Source: Antedon mediterranea (lineage: Eukaryota; Animalia; Echinodermata). Taken from it: 64,000 nt of DNA. Every line of letters begins with the position of its first letter. Positions within the stretch are counted from its first letter, which is position 1. Of this stretch, positions 1 through 13,378 are shown in pieces. The position numbers and the translations under genes are program-made. The notes beneath the pieces are model-generated. The model was given only the letters and a program-made list of their open reading frames with translations, searched no databases and had not been told where the DNA came from. Where the stretch lies: contig NC_092675.1 in the NCBI RefSeq assembly GCF_964355755.1, positions 863,812 to 927,811 of the forward strand, in the 5' to 3' direction.

Positions 1-814
1 TCGACTGTTAATATGACATCAATACAAATTTGTGATTTTGCTTCTTATAATTTATAGGTTAGCTATAAAATACATCCATAAAAACGTATTTAACATAGTA
101 TAATCCTGCAATGCACAACTTACAATAGCAACCTAATTAGAGATATTCTATCCATCCAAGAACACTGTGTAATTAGGTTTGAGGAATTGAGCATACAAAT
201 GGGCCATAAGGGAGCTTCCTAAATCCTGGGCTATAAACTGAATTTCTCCCTTGATGTTTCGGATATGCTAAACAATATTCAGGTTCGCTATTGTTGGAGA
301 TCTGTTCTCAGGGGACAGAAGTGTCAACCAAATTCACTGTCTCATGAAATTAAACTACTTTCCATTTTTGTGGATTTATTTTCTACATCATCATCATACA
401 TTTTGAATTCTTCGCTTCTTCGTCTCTCCAGAGAAATGTGTAAAATTTAAGAATTCTTTTCATAATTGCATTGTATTGTAAATTTGTATGATTTGTATTT
501 TATGTGGTTGATGATATACAGTATTATACATAAATTGGTTATATAAATTGAATAATATACAGTATGTCTGTATTTCAATTTAAAAAGATTTCAATTAAAC
601 AATTTATTCAGGGTTTCTGATTAAATTTTCTGCTACAGTAGCTACAGTAATGGAAAATCTTTTGTAATTGATTTTTCCCGGTTACTTTCCACTTGTAATA
701 TTTTTTAGGATGTTTCTCTAAATAAATTGTATTGTATTGAACCAGGATGTCAACAATAGCAATAGCATCCCACAATGCACAAGAGAATTGCAAGAGACAT
801 GGATTCAACACTAT

Positions 815-1030
815 CTTGCCATAGTGGTTAAATCATTAGGCAAGATACTTTACCCTCATTACACCGTCCTTCAGATTGGACATAAAGCTGTTGGTGCCAT
901 GTTCATACACATTTTACACTACTCAAATGGAGTAGATGGAATCGTCTGCCGGTGTGCTGATCATGAAGACATTAGGGTGTAGAGTGCCTAACCTACAGTC
1001 AGTTTCTTCTGAGGACGATTATTAATAATA
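815..1030 (+). mobile_element. Degraded Nin/Deu-domain SINE, subfamily B
   Basis: ggcaagatactttaccctca, then cgtccttcagattggacataaagctgttggt and ggtgtgctgatcatg; these blocks align with the copy at 17170. Ends in an ATT/AAT-rich tail. Confidence 0.55.
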
Positions 1031-2291
1031 CTGTACATTTAGAACACCAACTTTAGGTAATTATATTAAAATGCCATGTCACAAGTACAGGTTTTGGTAT
1101 TATAAAATAAACAAAATACATTGATGATAATAACAATATTATTGTAATCACATAATTATGCTAAGAAATTCTTTCTTTACAATAATATTTTCGGTAATCT
1201 CTTGTATGTGTTTCTTAATCCTTATTGTGCTCCTATTAATTACTCCCTATTTCACACTGTCTTCTCATCATGTAATGAGAATTTCCCAAGACAGCCAATC
1301 ACTACAACCATTAGACCTAACTGTTAGAATTTCATATCTATCAATTAAAATGGATTACTGTAGCCCAGTTATCATTTAAGATCTCATTAATTGCGCTGTA
1401 CATGAGATACATCTTCACCAATCAGCTAATGGTCACTTGACCAGTAGCCAATAACCATGTAGTAGGTCACTGTTTAATTTATATCAAGTAATACAGTATT
1501 GCTTAATAATAGTTACTACATTGTTCTGTTTTAAATCATGTTAGCAAGTGTTATCATTGCTAGTAATCCATCACCTGAACAATCATCCAATGGTCACTTC
1601 TTCCCACAGTCATTCACTTTAGGTGTTTTATTGGCCAGATTAATGTAAAAGTTTGTCGGGTAACAATTTCATAGGATGATTCATCACTCAATTGGTCAAC
1701 AGATTTGTTCACTCATTTGTTAATCCAATCGTCAATTTGATATCCTTTTTCAGGGGTGCTAACTAAAATGACCCTCAGTCTGGGGGAACAAGATATAGCC
1801 TGGGGGATAGTAGCTATGGCATATTTTGTCTACAAAGCAAATGATAACACAGCAGGCTACTTTAATGTAACACTGTCCTTGCCGCTTGTCACTTACATGG
1901 CCAAAATGAAGCTGGTTGTTTTTCCATTCAAAGATATTATTTTTGAAATAATTTTTAGTTACAAGTACAGTAAGAATAAAACAACCAAGAAAAAATTTAA
2001 AAAATGTTTATATAAGATAGAAAAGATGCCACAGCCTTTTAGTGCAGAAACACAATTTTAGAAAACAGGATTTACCAGGATAAACCAACAATTAGCCTGT
2101 GCTCTCTTGATAGAAAGCTATGATATGAAAAGATTGAGCTACTTGAATATAATGGTGGTCTTTAATTAGGATTGGTCTCTCAATGTTTTAGTTCGAGGAA
2201 ACTTTATAAAATAAATTCTTCAACAAATTACTTTACTTTGCTATGAACATACATTTAATAGTCTTCATTATTACTTAGTTTTTTAACTCAG

Positions 2292-2389
2292 AATTTATAA
2301 TAAGGTAATTGTTACTTGATGAATTCTGTTTGTAAATCTCAATTTATAATAAGGTAATTGTTACTTGATGAATTCTGTTTGTAAATCTC
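2292..2389. repeat. Perfect 49-bp tandem duplication
   Basis: aatttataataaggtaattgttacttgatgaattctgtttgtaaatctc at 2292 and 2341. Confidence 0.95.
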
Positions 2390-3744
2390 AAATTATAATT
2401 TCATAAATACATTTTTTAAATTGAATAAAGTTTTTTTGCTTTTGATTTTTTTTGATTGACATTTGTCAGTTTTTAAAAAAGGTTTAAAATACTGTTTATT
2501 TACTGTAAAAAAAAGTTATCATTACTATAAATACTTACAGTACTAGGAATGTTTTACTTGACACGGAAACTGCATTGTCGGAAGGAATTAATGAAGCAAT
2601 AAATTATTCGTATTAATTAATTAGTATTTAACTTTCTTTCCTTATCATCTTTCCTGTTCATACACATGATCAAAGGCTAGAGTGTCATGGGAACAAATCA
2701 TAAAAGAGCATTACATGATTTGAACTAATTACATTCATACATTATAATGTTGTTATAGCACTTTTATTATTGACATGCGCAGAACACATTATTCGACTCT
2801 GTACATTATTTTTTTCAAAAAATTGTCAAATTTTAACCTTTTTGTTTTTCGATAAAATGGGTTACTATAGCATAATTGACATGTGTAGAAAACATTTGCA
2901 CATATTTATTATGCTACAGTATAGTAACCAGTTTTATAAATAAAAAAGGTCGTAAATTGGCCATTTTTCGAAAATTTCCCGGTACTAATACACTGATATA
3001 CAACTGATCCGGATTTAAAATCGTTTCTCTAAGAATTTTGTCAGATGAGAATGTAACATCTTAGAAGCAATATATTTGGTATGCTACCAATTGTTTGTGA
3101 GGTGGTTTCCCGAATGATCGTAAAATCAAAACGGTACTGGGTATGACCAACTAGCGTTCTTTTCACCAACTAGTCATCCATTCATAGAAGTACTGATGTA
3201 GTAGTCTATCTGTAGGGTGACCATAGAATGTGATCCGAGACATAACTAACTACGACTTTTAGTTGATAGAAGATTGAAACAATTTTTGTTAAGAAGAGTT
3301 GTACTGTATGTGGATGTTTAATGAAATTATGCCAATAATGTTACATACTGGGCATTATAGTATGTTTGTTAGTATAAACAATTTTGAGTTAATAAGATAT
3401 ACTGTAAGGAAGAATAGCAAAGAGACTATGGAGCGGCTATTCCTAAATATACAATACTAAGTAGTTTTAAATTATAAATTTTAGGCGATCTTGTCAAAGG
3501 TCAAGTGCCTATAGCCTGCCACGTTTCGAATATTCAATATTGAACTTGATCTGCCGTGGTTCCATGGTATCTTTATATGAAAATGGTAGAGTGGATAGAA
3601 AATAATTAATTAAAAATTTACCTTAAAATGGTTTTGAACTGAACCGGTGGATGTCTTGTCATTGTATGGTTTTAGTTTAAAAAATGTAATTCAATAATAT
3701 TTGTTTATTAATATAATTTGTCCATTTTCATTATAATATTCTAG

Positions 3745-3978
3745 GTATTATAGATGCAGATTTGAACCTAAACCAACTAAGCATAACATGTTTGAATATG
3801 CGGCATCAAACAGGATATCTATGACATCACACCTCCAGTGACTCTGTCGTCAGTAATGCGCTCCACTTGGCCAAGGAACTAAGGAAGTGTCTCAACTTTA
3901 ATACATACGGTATACACACACACATCTAGACACTTGCTGCATATGAGGCTTCTTTATTGACCCAAGTGCAAATGAAAC
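3745..3978 (+). other. Candidate non-coding exon
   Basis: Acceptor ...aatattctag ends at 3744; body is less AT-rich than its flanks; donor AAC|GTATGT at 3979 or TCG|GTAAGT at 4095. Weak. Confidence 0.2.
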
Positions 3979-5221
3979 GTATGTATGTTATTATATGACG
4001 TTGTACATTTTGTGGGTTTTAATGTTCTTTACATGTTTTTGTCTTCTTATTTCTATTACGTTGGGAATTTAATCATTGGTTAATGATTCTTTCGGTAAGT
4101 ACAAATTTTATAGCATTTTTTAAGCAACCATATATTTTTTTTTAAGTTTATATATTTTTCAAGAAATGAACAATTATGTAATTCTATGTTTTTTTTAAAT
4201 ATAAAAATGATTGTTTATTTTCCACATTAAATATAAATTAATTATTTAAAATATTTTAAGTTAGAATTCATAGAATCTATGGTAACAATTTTATAGATCA
4301 AAATTGATAACTTAATAACTTGTAATTGTTAAAAAAGTTTCAGAGGTTTCTTGATTAAAATGTAATTCAGAAACTGCCATGTTTTAATATTTTATGTCAT
4401 TTCTTAATTTTTAAAAATACACATACAAATAAATGAATGAATTTACCTCTAAATGTTTCATGACAGATAGACAAGGTAGACAAATTTAATAATAAGCTTA
4501 AATACATGATTTAATGTGCAGAGGTTGTAGACATGACATGTGTAAAGTTATGATTTATTGGTTGAAACAGACTATTTATTGAATTTCATTTTATTAAGTT
4601 TATCAAAGTGAATACTGAATATTACTACAGTACAATCAAAGCACAAGGTTTTAGTGCAGTATTATGCGTATTTGACTGCAGCAGCAGATCTAGCTCCTAA
4701 AACTCCTTACTGTTTATATGTGAGCAGTGAGAGTAGATCATTGCCAGGTGCTTGAGTGACCAGCCAAATACGCTTCATGTGTTTCCTAAAAAGGAAAATA
4801 AAATTAACTTTTGCTTATTCGCCTTAACAACATAGAATTTAATTAACTTTGTAATTTCATTTATCAATTGTCACAAGTCATAATATGCAAATTATACTAT
4901 ACAATAGATTGCTTTGTAGTGTGGACAGACTATAAAGTATAAAACCTAATAATGAGGTCATAAAATACAATAATAATACAGTTATTTATAAAATGTACGG
5001 ACATTTTTTTTTTTAATTTAAAAAATGTAATAATTTTTTGCTGATAATATTATTGAATGGTTTCATTATTAATATCAAAGATTAACATTTTATACACAAA
5101 CAGTGGACTTAGTAATTTTAAACTTTTTCCATGAGTTTCTAATGACGTTTCTGAATTTTTTTAAATTATTTGTAGTTTTTACTGATATTCAAATTCAGTT
5201 TAGATGTCTAAAGTCTAATTA

Positions 5222-5428
5222 ATGAGCTTTCGTTTTTGCGACGACCAACAACCAACGAGTTAACTACATCATGTTAATTTACTCTGCGCATGCAGGGAAT
5301 TTGGGACGTGCTTCCTCGCTATATCCCTTGATACGGTCTTGGTGTTTCTAGGTGCGGGCGTTGGATGACGACACTACAGTTGACTTGTTCTTACAGACGA
5401 GGTCGTCATTCGTGGCAAAGCAGCTCAT
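5222..5428. mobile_element. Possible old MITE
   Basis: atgagct...cgacgacc and ggtcgtc...agctcat imperfect inverted ends around a CpG-richer core. Confidence 0.3.
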
Positions 5429-6104
5429 GTTTCTTCAGTTACATTTGTCATGGTTGAGTGCTTTTTATAGACACAGTATAGTTGATTTATTTACACGTTA
5501 AACATAATACATTTTTTAGAATCTATAATTTTAAATGAAATCATCCTATTGTCTCTCAATGACTTTTGTATCTTGCGTATTCATGGTAAATGATTATGCT
5601 CAAATAAATTCATGTTCTGCTTTAATTAATGTGGATTTAATCTGTTTTCAATTACTTTGAAGTGATTATGATGCAGACTTAGCACATTGAAAGTACAGGA
5701 CAGTACATTAATATCTAGAACTCTGCAATAGTTTAAATGGAAGCACTTTGTCAACTTAGTATCAACATCACTTTAAAGAGTTGTATTGTACTTCAAATTA
5801 TATGGGCTTTGTTTATTCATTCATTTCTTTTTTTTAAATTATTATTATTATTTATTTCATATTTCATGGTACCAAAAATAGGACCGACGCAGCAGTAACA
5901 CACACAAAATAAATAGAAATTAATTTCTACCAAGGACGTAATTTCATCCATATTGTGTCCGTGTATTTTTACGATATCCCAAAAAGTTTTTCTCTGTACA
6001 GTAAAAAACAATACTTGGGTGGTTTCTATGTTGAAATTAGGTAGAGTTGAAGACTCTTAAAGTTAGTAGGGTTTTCCTGCTGATCTCCACACAGAACAAT
6101 TACT

Positions 6105-6418
6105 GTGAGTGAGTGGCCGAGGGGTTAAGACAGTAGAACCGTAATTACGTAGCCATAACATCGGCAGGGGTTCGAGACTCACTCACTCCATGGTTCTGGT
6201 GGTAGAACGAGTCTTCTCGGATAAGGACTATAAACCGTAGGTCCAGTGTACACATCTAGCTCGTGTGCACTTTAAAGAACCTAGTACATCTTTCGAGACG
6301 AGTAGGGGGTTACCCCGGTGTATTAGTACATCACAGCCACTGATCACCAACTGGGCCCTCTGGGAGACCAGTCTTTGACTGAAGAGGTTACCCAGTATAA
6401 ATATAAATATCAATTCAA
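6105..6418 (+). mobile_element. Full-length tRNA-derived SINE with Nin/Deu central domain, subfamily A
   Basis: Pol III A box TGGCCGAGGGG and B box GGTTCGAGAC in a tRNA-Ser-like head. Central tcggataaggactataaaccgtaggtcc...tttaaagaacc...gagtagggggttaccccggtgt resembles the recalled AmnSINE1/DeuSINE domain. AT-rich tail; second copy at 12084. Confidence 0.85.
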
Positions 6419-7499
6419 TATATCCTTAATAATAATAATGATATTTATTCGGCTATGTTTTACATTTCATCTTGCCAGGAACAAGAGTATCAAATTAAAT
6501 GAAATAGGTTATTGCTGTATACTGCAAAGATTATTTATTATGAAATTCCAATCTAATAAACAAACAGATTAAGTCTAGTCTTTTAAGTTTATACTCGATG
6601 TAAAGAGTGTACCTATTTCACCAAATAAATTATTAAAGCATATATTATATTGAAATGAATTTTGCATGAGTAGTACGGCCATTGGGGATTTGCTATCTTG
6701 ATCATTTCTAATGAATATTGCAACCAAAAGATTTTCCGTGTAGGAAACCTGTCAAATGTTTATGACAATGAAAAATGTTTGTTGAAAATGAGATCTTCTA
6801 TATTTCAGTATTATTAGAACTCACCATCTGCTCTGGCAATTTACTCCAGTGAACTTCTCTTCAACTATTCTAATTTAACACATGGTTTGTGTATTATCAT
6901 AACAAGTTTTCTGTTTAGTGTCTCTACAAAAACTAATTTATTTGATTAGGCATTTTTTTATATTTAATTTGAGTCATTTATAATACTGTTAATTTTCGTA
7001 ATGTAAAAGTCTCTGTTTGAACAAAGAACATTGATACTTTATTTACAAAAGAGGAATTAAGCTACAATCTAAAAATGGAATGTAACAAAAGATTTTTGAT
7101 GAAAAGATTAGATTAAACAAGACAAGACAAGGGAATTCCCCTAAAATATAAGAAACAATGAATAAACATTTTCCATTTAAAATATATAGCCATTTGTTTT
7201 CACAGCCTTATTTCTTTGAGATGTGTTAATGTGTGATTTTCAAACTATATAATGTAGTATCTCCTAACTGAATAAAATAATTTTATTTTCACACTATCAA
7301 AATAATTGCGACTATTTGAAATTTTCTCATCAAAAAAAAAAAATTTCTTACAAAAAATACCACTCGACTTTTTCAATTTTAATTATTCTTTCTTTAAAAA
7401 TAATGATTTATTCAATCAATTATTGTTGTTTAACAATTAGTAGTAAACAGTTTGTGTAACTTAAATATATTGTAGTCGGCCTACTGTACAAAACAAAAA

Positions 7500-7951
7500 T
7501 GTAATCCTAAACTACTGTACATATTCCGGGGTAGGGGGGGGGGGCCTTACTCTCTAGATATCGTTGCATGTAATCCTAAACTACTGTACATATTCCGGGG
7601 TAGGGGGGCCTTACTCTCTAGATATCGTTGCATGTAATCCCAAACTACTGTACATATTCCGGGGTAGGGGGGCCTTACTCTCTAGATATCGTTGCATGTA
7701 ATCCCAAACTACTGTACATATTCCGGGGTAGGGGGGCCTTACTCTCTAGATATCGTTGCATGTAATCCCAAACTACTGTACATATTCCGGGGTAGGGGGG
7801 GCCTTACTCTCTAGATATCGTTGCATGTAATCCCAAACTACTGTACATATTCCGGGGTAGAGGGGCCTTACTCTCTAGATATCGTTGCATGTAATCCTAA
7901 ACTACTGTACATATTCCGGGGTAGGGGGCCCTTACTCCCTAGATATCGTTG
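7500..7951. repeat. Minisatellite, 7 x ~64 bp, with G tracts
   Basis: Unit tgtaatccyaaactactgtacatattccggggta(g)nccttactctctagatatcgttgca starting at 7500, 7569, 7633, 7697, 7761, 7826, 7890. Confidence 0.97.
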
Positions 7952-8876
7952 AGACCCACCGTACTGTAAACAACATTTCTAATTTCCCAGCCACAGACAA
8001 ACATACAGTACTCGCTATCAAACAATTTGCCAAACAATATTTATCATGAAGAAAGAATGTTTCAAACATTATTCAATGATAAATTGATGGTATTTAATAT
8101 ACACAGACTATTTTGAAAGCCAAAACAAAAAACATTGTTTATTGAACAAGTCTATACAGACTAATCTACATACATCTCAGACTCTTTTCTCGCAGATGTG
8201 CTTTGGGGTTTGAGCATGTCCAGTTCGAGTTTAGTACTATAAGCTTTCGTGTGATACAGTTTCCCAATGCTTCCGTCCTCTTTGATTATAACTGCCTAAA
8301 GACGTGGCGCGAAAATACCATGCAAGCTCAATAGAGTATCCTAAGCACAATTGACATTAGTAATATAAATTGGCTATGAATTCTATAGTAGTGTGGTACT
8401 CACTCTTAAAGTACCGGTTTACATCAAAGCTTTTTTTTTCATAATCCCCTCAATTACTGATTTGTTCTACACCATTGGATTTTCTTCTTCTCATTTCTCT
8501 TTTTCTACTTTTCCTTGTACATTGCAATCATTAGGATTCGATGTTGAGAATACTACATAATGTATATATTCCTTTCTATGCTTGTCTTTAGGCAGTCAGA
8601 TATGCTGAAGGGGCTTGATTGTTTTTACACCAGTAATTTTATCGATTTAGAGTACATAGGGTTTTGAGTAGGCTTGAGAAATAAATTTGCTACACTGTGT
8701 GCACTTTATTTCAGTCAATTGTTAGGTCATTGATGTATCTCATATAAAATTACATTCAACCTGGATTGACATTCATGCAGTTTACAATATTTACTGTAAT
8801 ATTATAACTCATCTGACTGTATCTTATGCTATTTCAGTTAATTGGGTTTCAGTATTAGTTTTATTGCATGGTACAA

Positions 8877-8923
8877 GTTCTATTCAATGGTTCTATTCAA
8901 TGGTTCTATTCAATGGTTCTATT
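8877..8923. repeat. 13-bp tandem repeat, ~3.6 copies
   Basis: (gttctattcaatg)3 gttctatt. Confidence 0.9.
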
Positions 8924-9550
8924 ACACTGCAGATCATTGTTGTAAACATTTTTTTATTTGGTGCTTTGTAATGAATGTTTGTATTCATTAATAATTAACA
9001 CTCATGCAACTCATACACTAACAACACCAAAATATCCACAGTGCCTTGGTGGCAGTTTTCAAATATAGATTAAAACAGTAATTTTGATAATCCATGTGTA
9101 TGGCTGCGTGACGTGCAGTAGGAAAAATCTGTATTTTTAAACAACCATACAAACTGTCTACTTTATAGATAACCTTTCCCCTTTCCCTCACTTTCACCTT
9201 CAATGATTTCATTTTAGGAAATGAGTTAGGATGAGTCTAATGAGTTTCAATAATTAGATAATCAATTATTTGATGATTAAGCTTGTTATCTTAAGGGGTT
9301 AAGGAAACTGATGTGCAGGACCTACATGTACACATGCTAATTCAAAATTTATCTTTCATTTATTTGTGTGACATGTCAACAAGGTTACATAAAGATTTAT
9401 TTTTATGTAATGTCTTTATTCGAGTGATTTATACATTATGGTTTAGTTAAAATATTCATCATAATAGTTAATATTTATGTTTATTTAATGCCTAGAAAAA
9501 GTGTATATTTCATGGGTGGGCATATGATGTTAGAATAGTACATTATTGTA

Positions 9551-10377
9551 GGGCCTGTTTCTATTGAAAAATAAAAAAAGAACGGTTTTTTGGAAACCGG
9601 TTTCGGCTGTTGTTTATAAATAAAGATCGCGTTGCAGCTCAATTTTTACTCCAATAAAACCGGTTTTTGTCCATGTGCGTTCGTTATGAATGACATCATT
9701 ATATACACCACAATGCAGTTCGTTAGGCGGAAGCGTGATTGGATCGAGGTCATGTTTACTTTTTTTCGCATAAGCGCGATCCCCAAGAAATAGCATCCAT
9801 TTCATCATAGAAGGGGGAATTATTACCTGAAACGTTATTGTGGTCCTTGGTTAAAGTATAGGTACTATGATTGGCCTCTGATATTGTCAAGTTGAACTCG
9901 TCTAGCTTTCACACGCTTTACAATATTCTTAAAAACATGTAGGCCTTGGGCCTACGTGAGTCTTTCTTCCGACTCCCGACAAGTCCCCTCATCTTCTTCC
10001 CTTCACATATTTTTTACAAACCTCGTAATGGCATCGGTCAACATTTTTTAGTTAAATAAAATACTCACTATCTAGAGAAATAAAGGTTTGACTGCGAGTT
10101 GACCGCAATCGTCCCAGTGCAGCAGACTGGAGAGTTCAGTATTTGGGGTCAAATTGAGACCGCGATTGTGTTGCAGCTAAAATTTGCTCCACGGAAACCG
10201 GTTTCAGAACGGTTCTTTGCGATCGAGACCGCAATCAATTGGGGTTTTTGAAACCGTTTTTAAGATCGGTTCTTTTTTGTGGTTTTTTGTGGGGACCCAT
10301 TTCTGCTGGCAAGAAAAAACGGTTCTTGAAAAGAACGGTATTCAAAACCGTATTCTCTGCTCTATAGAAACAGGCCC
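9551..10377. mobile_element. Non-autonomous PIF/Harbinger-like DNA transposon (827 bp)
   Basis: 14-bp perfect TIR GGGCCTGTTTCTAT / ATAGAAACAGGCCC; 3-bp direct flanks GTA at 9548-9550 and 10378-10380; subterminal AACCGGTT/AACGGTT repeats; no transposase ORF. Confidence 0.88.
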
Positions 10378-12083
10378 GTAGAGGGATGTTCAAAAAACTT
10401 GTTATTCTTTCATATCTTTTCATCTGGAGAACATGGGCTAGTTGTTAGTTTATCCAGGTAGACTACCAATACCACCACCATTGATTACAAAAGATTACAT
10501 AATAGATATGGTTTGTTTTAGTACATCAGTATTGTAGTAAAGGAAATAATTTAAATAAAAAATACTAAAAACAGAACACTCAGGATACTTATTCCAACCC
10601 GACACTTTTTTCCCAGCATTGCCACGCCCTTTGGTGTGCCAATGTCTTTAGGAGCAAGCGTGAGGAGTACATTACATAAATTGTTACTATTTGAAGTTCT
10701 CAGGTTATTTTTAAAAATTAGTTAAGCAAATTATATTTTTGCTAAGCCAGTTTGATCAATCTGACCTTGAAACCTTTTGACATTATTAAATTGATCATCT
10801 TTGTCACATACACTACTGAAACCAACTATACAATCAGTTATAGTTTAATTTCAACCTGTATTTATAAGATATACTGTACTAGGTTTTTAATTTTGGTTAT
10901 CATAGATAATCTTGTTGTTTGTCCTTGTGATTATCTCATGAATTCAAATAGATAATAATGAGGTGTACTGCAGTATTATAAAACATAATTCAGAATTAAA
11001 TACATGGTAATTTGTATGATTGACCAAACATAACCCTTTAAGCTACCGTATCGGTGCCGACCAATTTCAATAGATTCATACCAGGCGTCAAATTCATACA
11101 ACGTGCCGAATGAAGCACACATTGTGTACATTCATGTGCGGCAAAGCGGAACCACTTTTCACAGCCTACTAATCCCTTAAGCGCGCTATCCTTCTTCAGC
11201 TGAGACTATTTCTTTTCTCGTTCAACTGAAACAATTTCGTTTCTTGATGCAATTTTTGAAATTCAGTATTTTGTACATGACAAGGATGTTTGTAGCAATA
11301 GTTGCACGTTCATGTAAAACAATTCACAAAAGACATCAAGAATGCCCACCAAGGGATGTGTGGGGGTTATGGAATATGCACTACTAACTGTACACTTCTG
11401 ATTCACCTGATCCATTTTATATTATACCATGATAGTTTTACTAAATTTTTTACTTTACTTGTCCATCCTATTGTAAATCTAATATACAATCTTAAATACT
11501 ATACATGATAAGATAAATACGGTTTTAATATTATGACAAAAACTCCAAAGAAAATCTAAATTGAAAAATAAGATAAAACAATATATTTAATTAATACACT
11601 AATATTTACTTTTAGTACCAGTAAGCCTTTTTTTCAAAGGCAAACATTTATTCAACCAATACTGTAGATCATACACATATAATAGATTTGTATAGATAAT
11701 TATTATTTCTATTAATATGACAAATAGTCATTCAATCACCACCACTTACATGTGTTTTTTAAATCACCAGCTCAAACATTCAAAGATCATTACAAACTTT
11801 ATTATATTATGTTTTGTTTTATAGTTAAGCATAATAATGATATTACTTAACAGGTGTTCAGTAAATGATGCTAACATAGTTTTTTGCAAAGTGAGGATAC
11901 AAAATAGCACAGTTCAGAAATGTATGCATTAATAATAGCAACCTTTTGTTTCAAATGAATGTAAAATCGACCAAATGTAATCCTAATTAGGAATGGAATG
12001 GTGTGTACTAGGCTTTCATTTTCATAGTCGAAAGTTCCACAATCAACAAATTAATTATTACGGAACTAGGAGGCCTACTTTTA

Positions 12084-12288
12084 AGTAACCCCCTACTTGT
12101 CCCGAAAGATGTACTAGGTTCTTTAAAGTGTTCATGAGCATTTTGTATACTCTGGACCTACGGTTTATAGTACTTATTCGAGAAGACTCGTTCTACCACT
12201 AGAACCATGGAGTGAGTGAACCTCAAACCCTTGCCGATATGCATACATATTATCGTTCCACTTTCTAAACCACTTGGCCACTCAATCA
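12084..12288 (-). mobile_element. 3'-truncated copy of subfamily A SINE
   Basis: Reverse complement of about 6105-6315, e.g. gatgtactaggttctttaaagtg, ggacctacggtttatag, gagaagactcgttctaccac, agaaccatggagtgagtga. Confidence 0.85.
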
Positions 12289-12471
12289 TGAATGCGCAGA
12301 TGAATCTTTTGTATAAAATTACTTTGTATGGTCTGAAACACAAGATCACTATTCTTTAACTGTAAACTTTGTGTGGACAGAGATATTTTTATCTTTTATT
12401 GAACAAATATATGGTGTTATACTTCAAGCATATTTGTGTTTAACAGAAGAAAAAAACACAAATGAGTCTCA

Positions 12472-13378
12472 GGGTCTGTTTCTGCTGAAAAAATCAAAAT
12501 AATCGATTTTTTCCAGTCACCGCAAACCACAAAAATAATCGCGTTGCAATTGAAAATTGCTACGACTTTAATCGGTTATTCAGGTAATCGGTTTTTAAAA
12601 TCACGTCATCATTCCCCCACAGCGCAGTTCAAGTTATGAAAGGCCGATGAGAGTTGGTTTGTTTACATCCTATCGCTGCCTAAAACTCTCACATGTAGGA
12701 TTAAAAATTACTCTTACGTAAAGCTTTATTATTTCTAAAATAAACATCTAGGCCTACTACCGTACCACATACAACAGAATAATGATGTTATATTAATAAG
12801 GACACGTCGGCGAAAAAAGTTCGTTTCGCCGTTCGTTGGTTCTACCTTCGGCCTGCTAGGCCTAGAGGCTATTATATTTCTACCGAAACAAGTCAACAGA
12901 CAACAGGCCTACTAACAAATGACATGTAAAACATCGTTAGCCTGAACTGGTGGTATGTAACGGGTGTACTTGTAACACAGAATCCCGGAGTCTCTCGGTA
13001 TAATTCTCCCCCACAAAATAATAAAACTCAAATGTTTAACATTTGATTTTTATTCGGTCTCCATCGCGATCGTGGTTTTGCTGATCGTCGTCGATATCGC
13101 GCAAATAAACAGCATGCTTTGTGACGTGAATAAGTTTGTCATACTCTAGAGGTCAAAGTGAGGTCAATAATCGCTATTTGTGTTGCAGCTCAAAACTGCT
13201 CCGCAATAATCGGTTAAAACAAGAAATAATCGATTAAAACACGCAATGGATTGAGTGTTTTTAATCGGTTATTTTTAATCGGTTATTTTATTTTGCGCCG
13301 TTTCTGCTGCCCAAAAATAATCGATTAAAAAAATAAACGGTTAATAATCGATTATTTCTGCTCAGCAGAAACAGGCCC
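12472..13378. mobile_element. Non-autonomous PIF/Harbinger-like DNA transposon (907 bp), related to 9551-10377
   Basis: 17-bp TIR GGGTCTGTTTCTGCTGA / TCAGCAGAAACAGGCCC with one mismatch; TSD TCA at 12469-12471 and 13379-13381; subterminal AATCGGTT/AATCGATT repeats. Confidence 0.88.

Noticed and set aside
6107-6190. tRNA gene
   Set aside because: T and anticodon arms pair poorly and the sequence continues into a SINE body with a second copy elsewhere; it is a SINE head. The same applies to 19273, 20860 and 42276.
9551-13378. Autonomous transposon or transposase gene
   Set aside because: Each element is under 1 kb, has its own TSD and has no long ORF or DDE motif.
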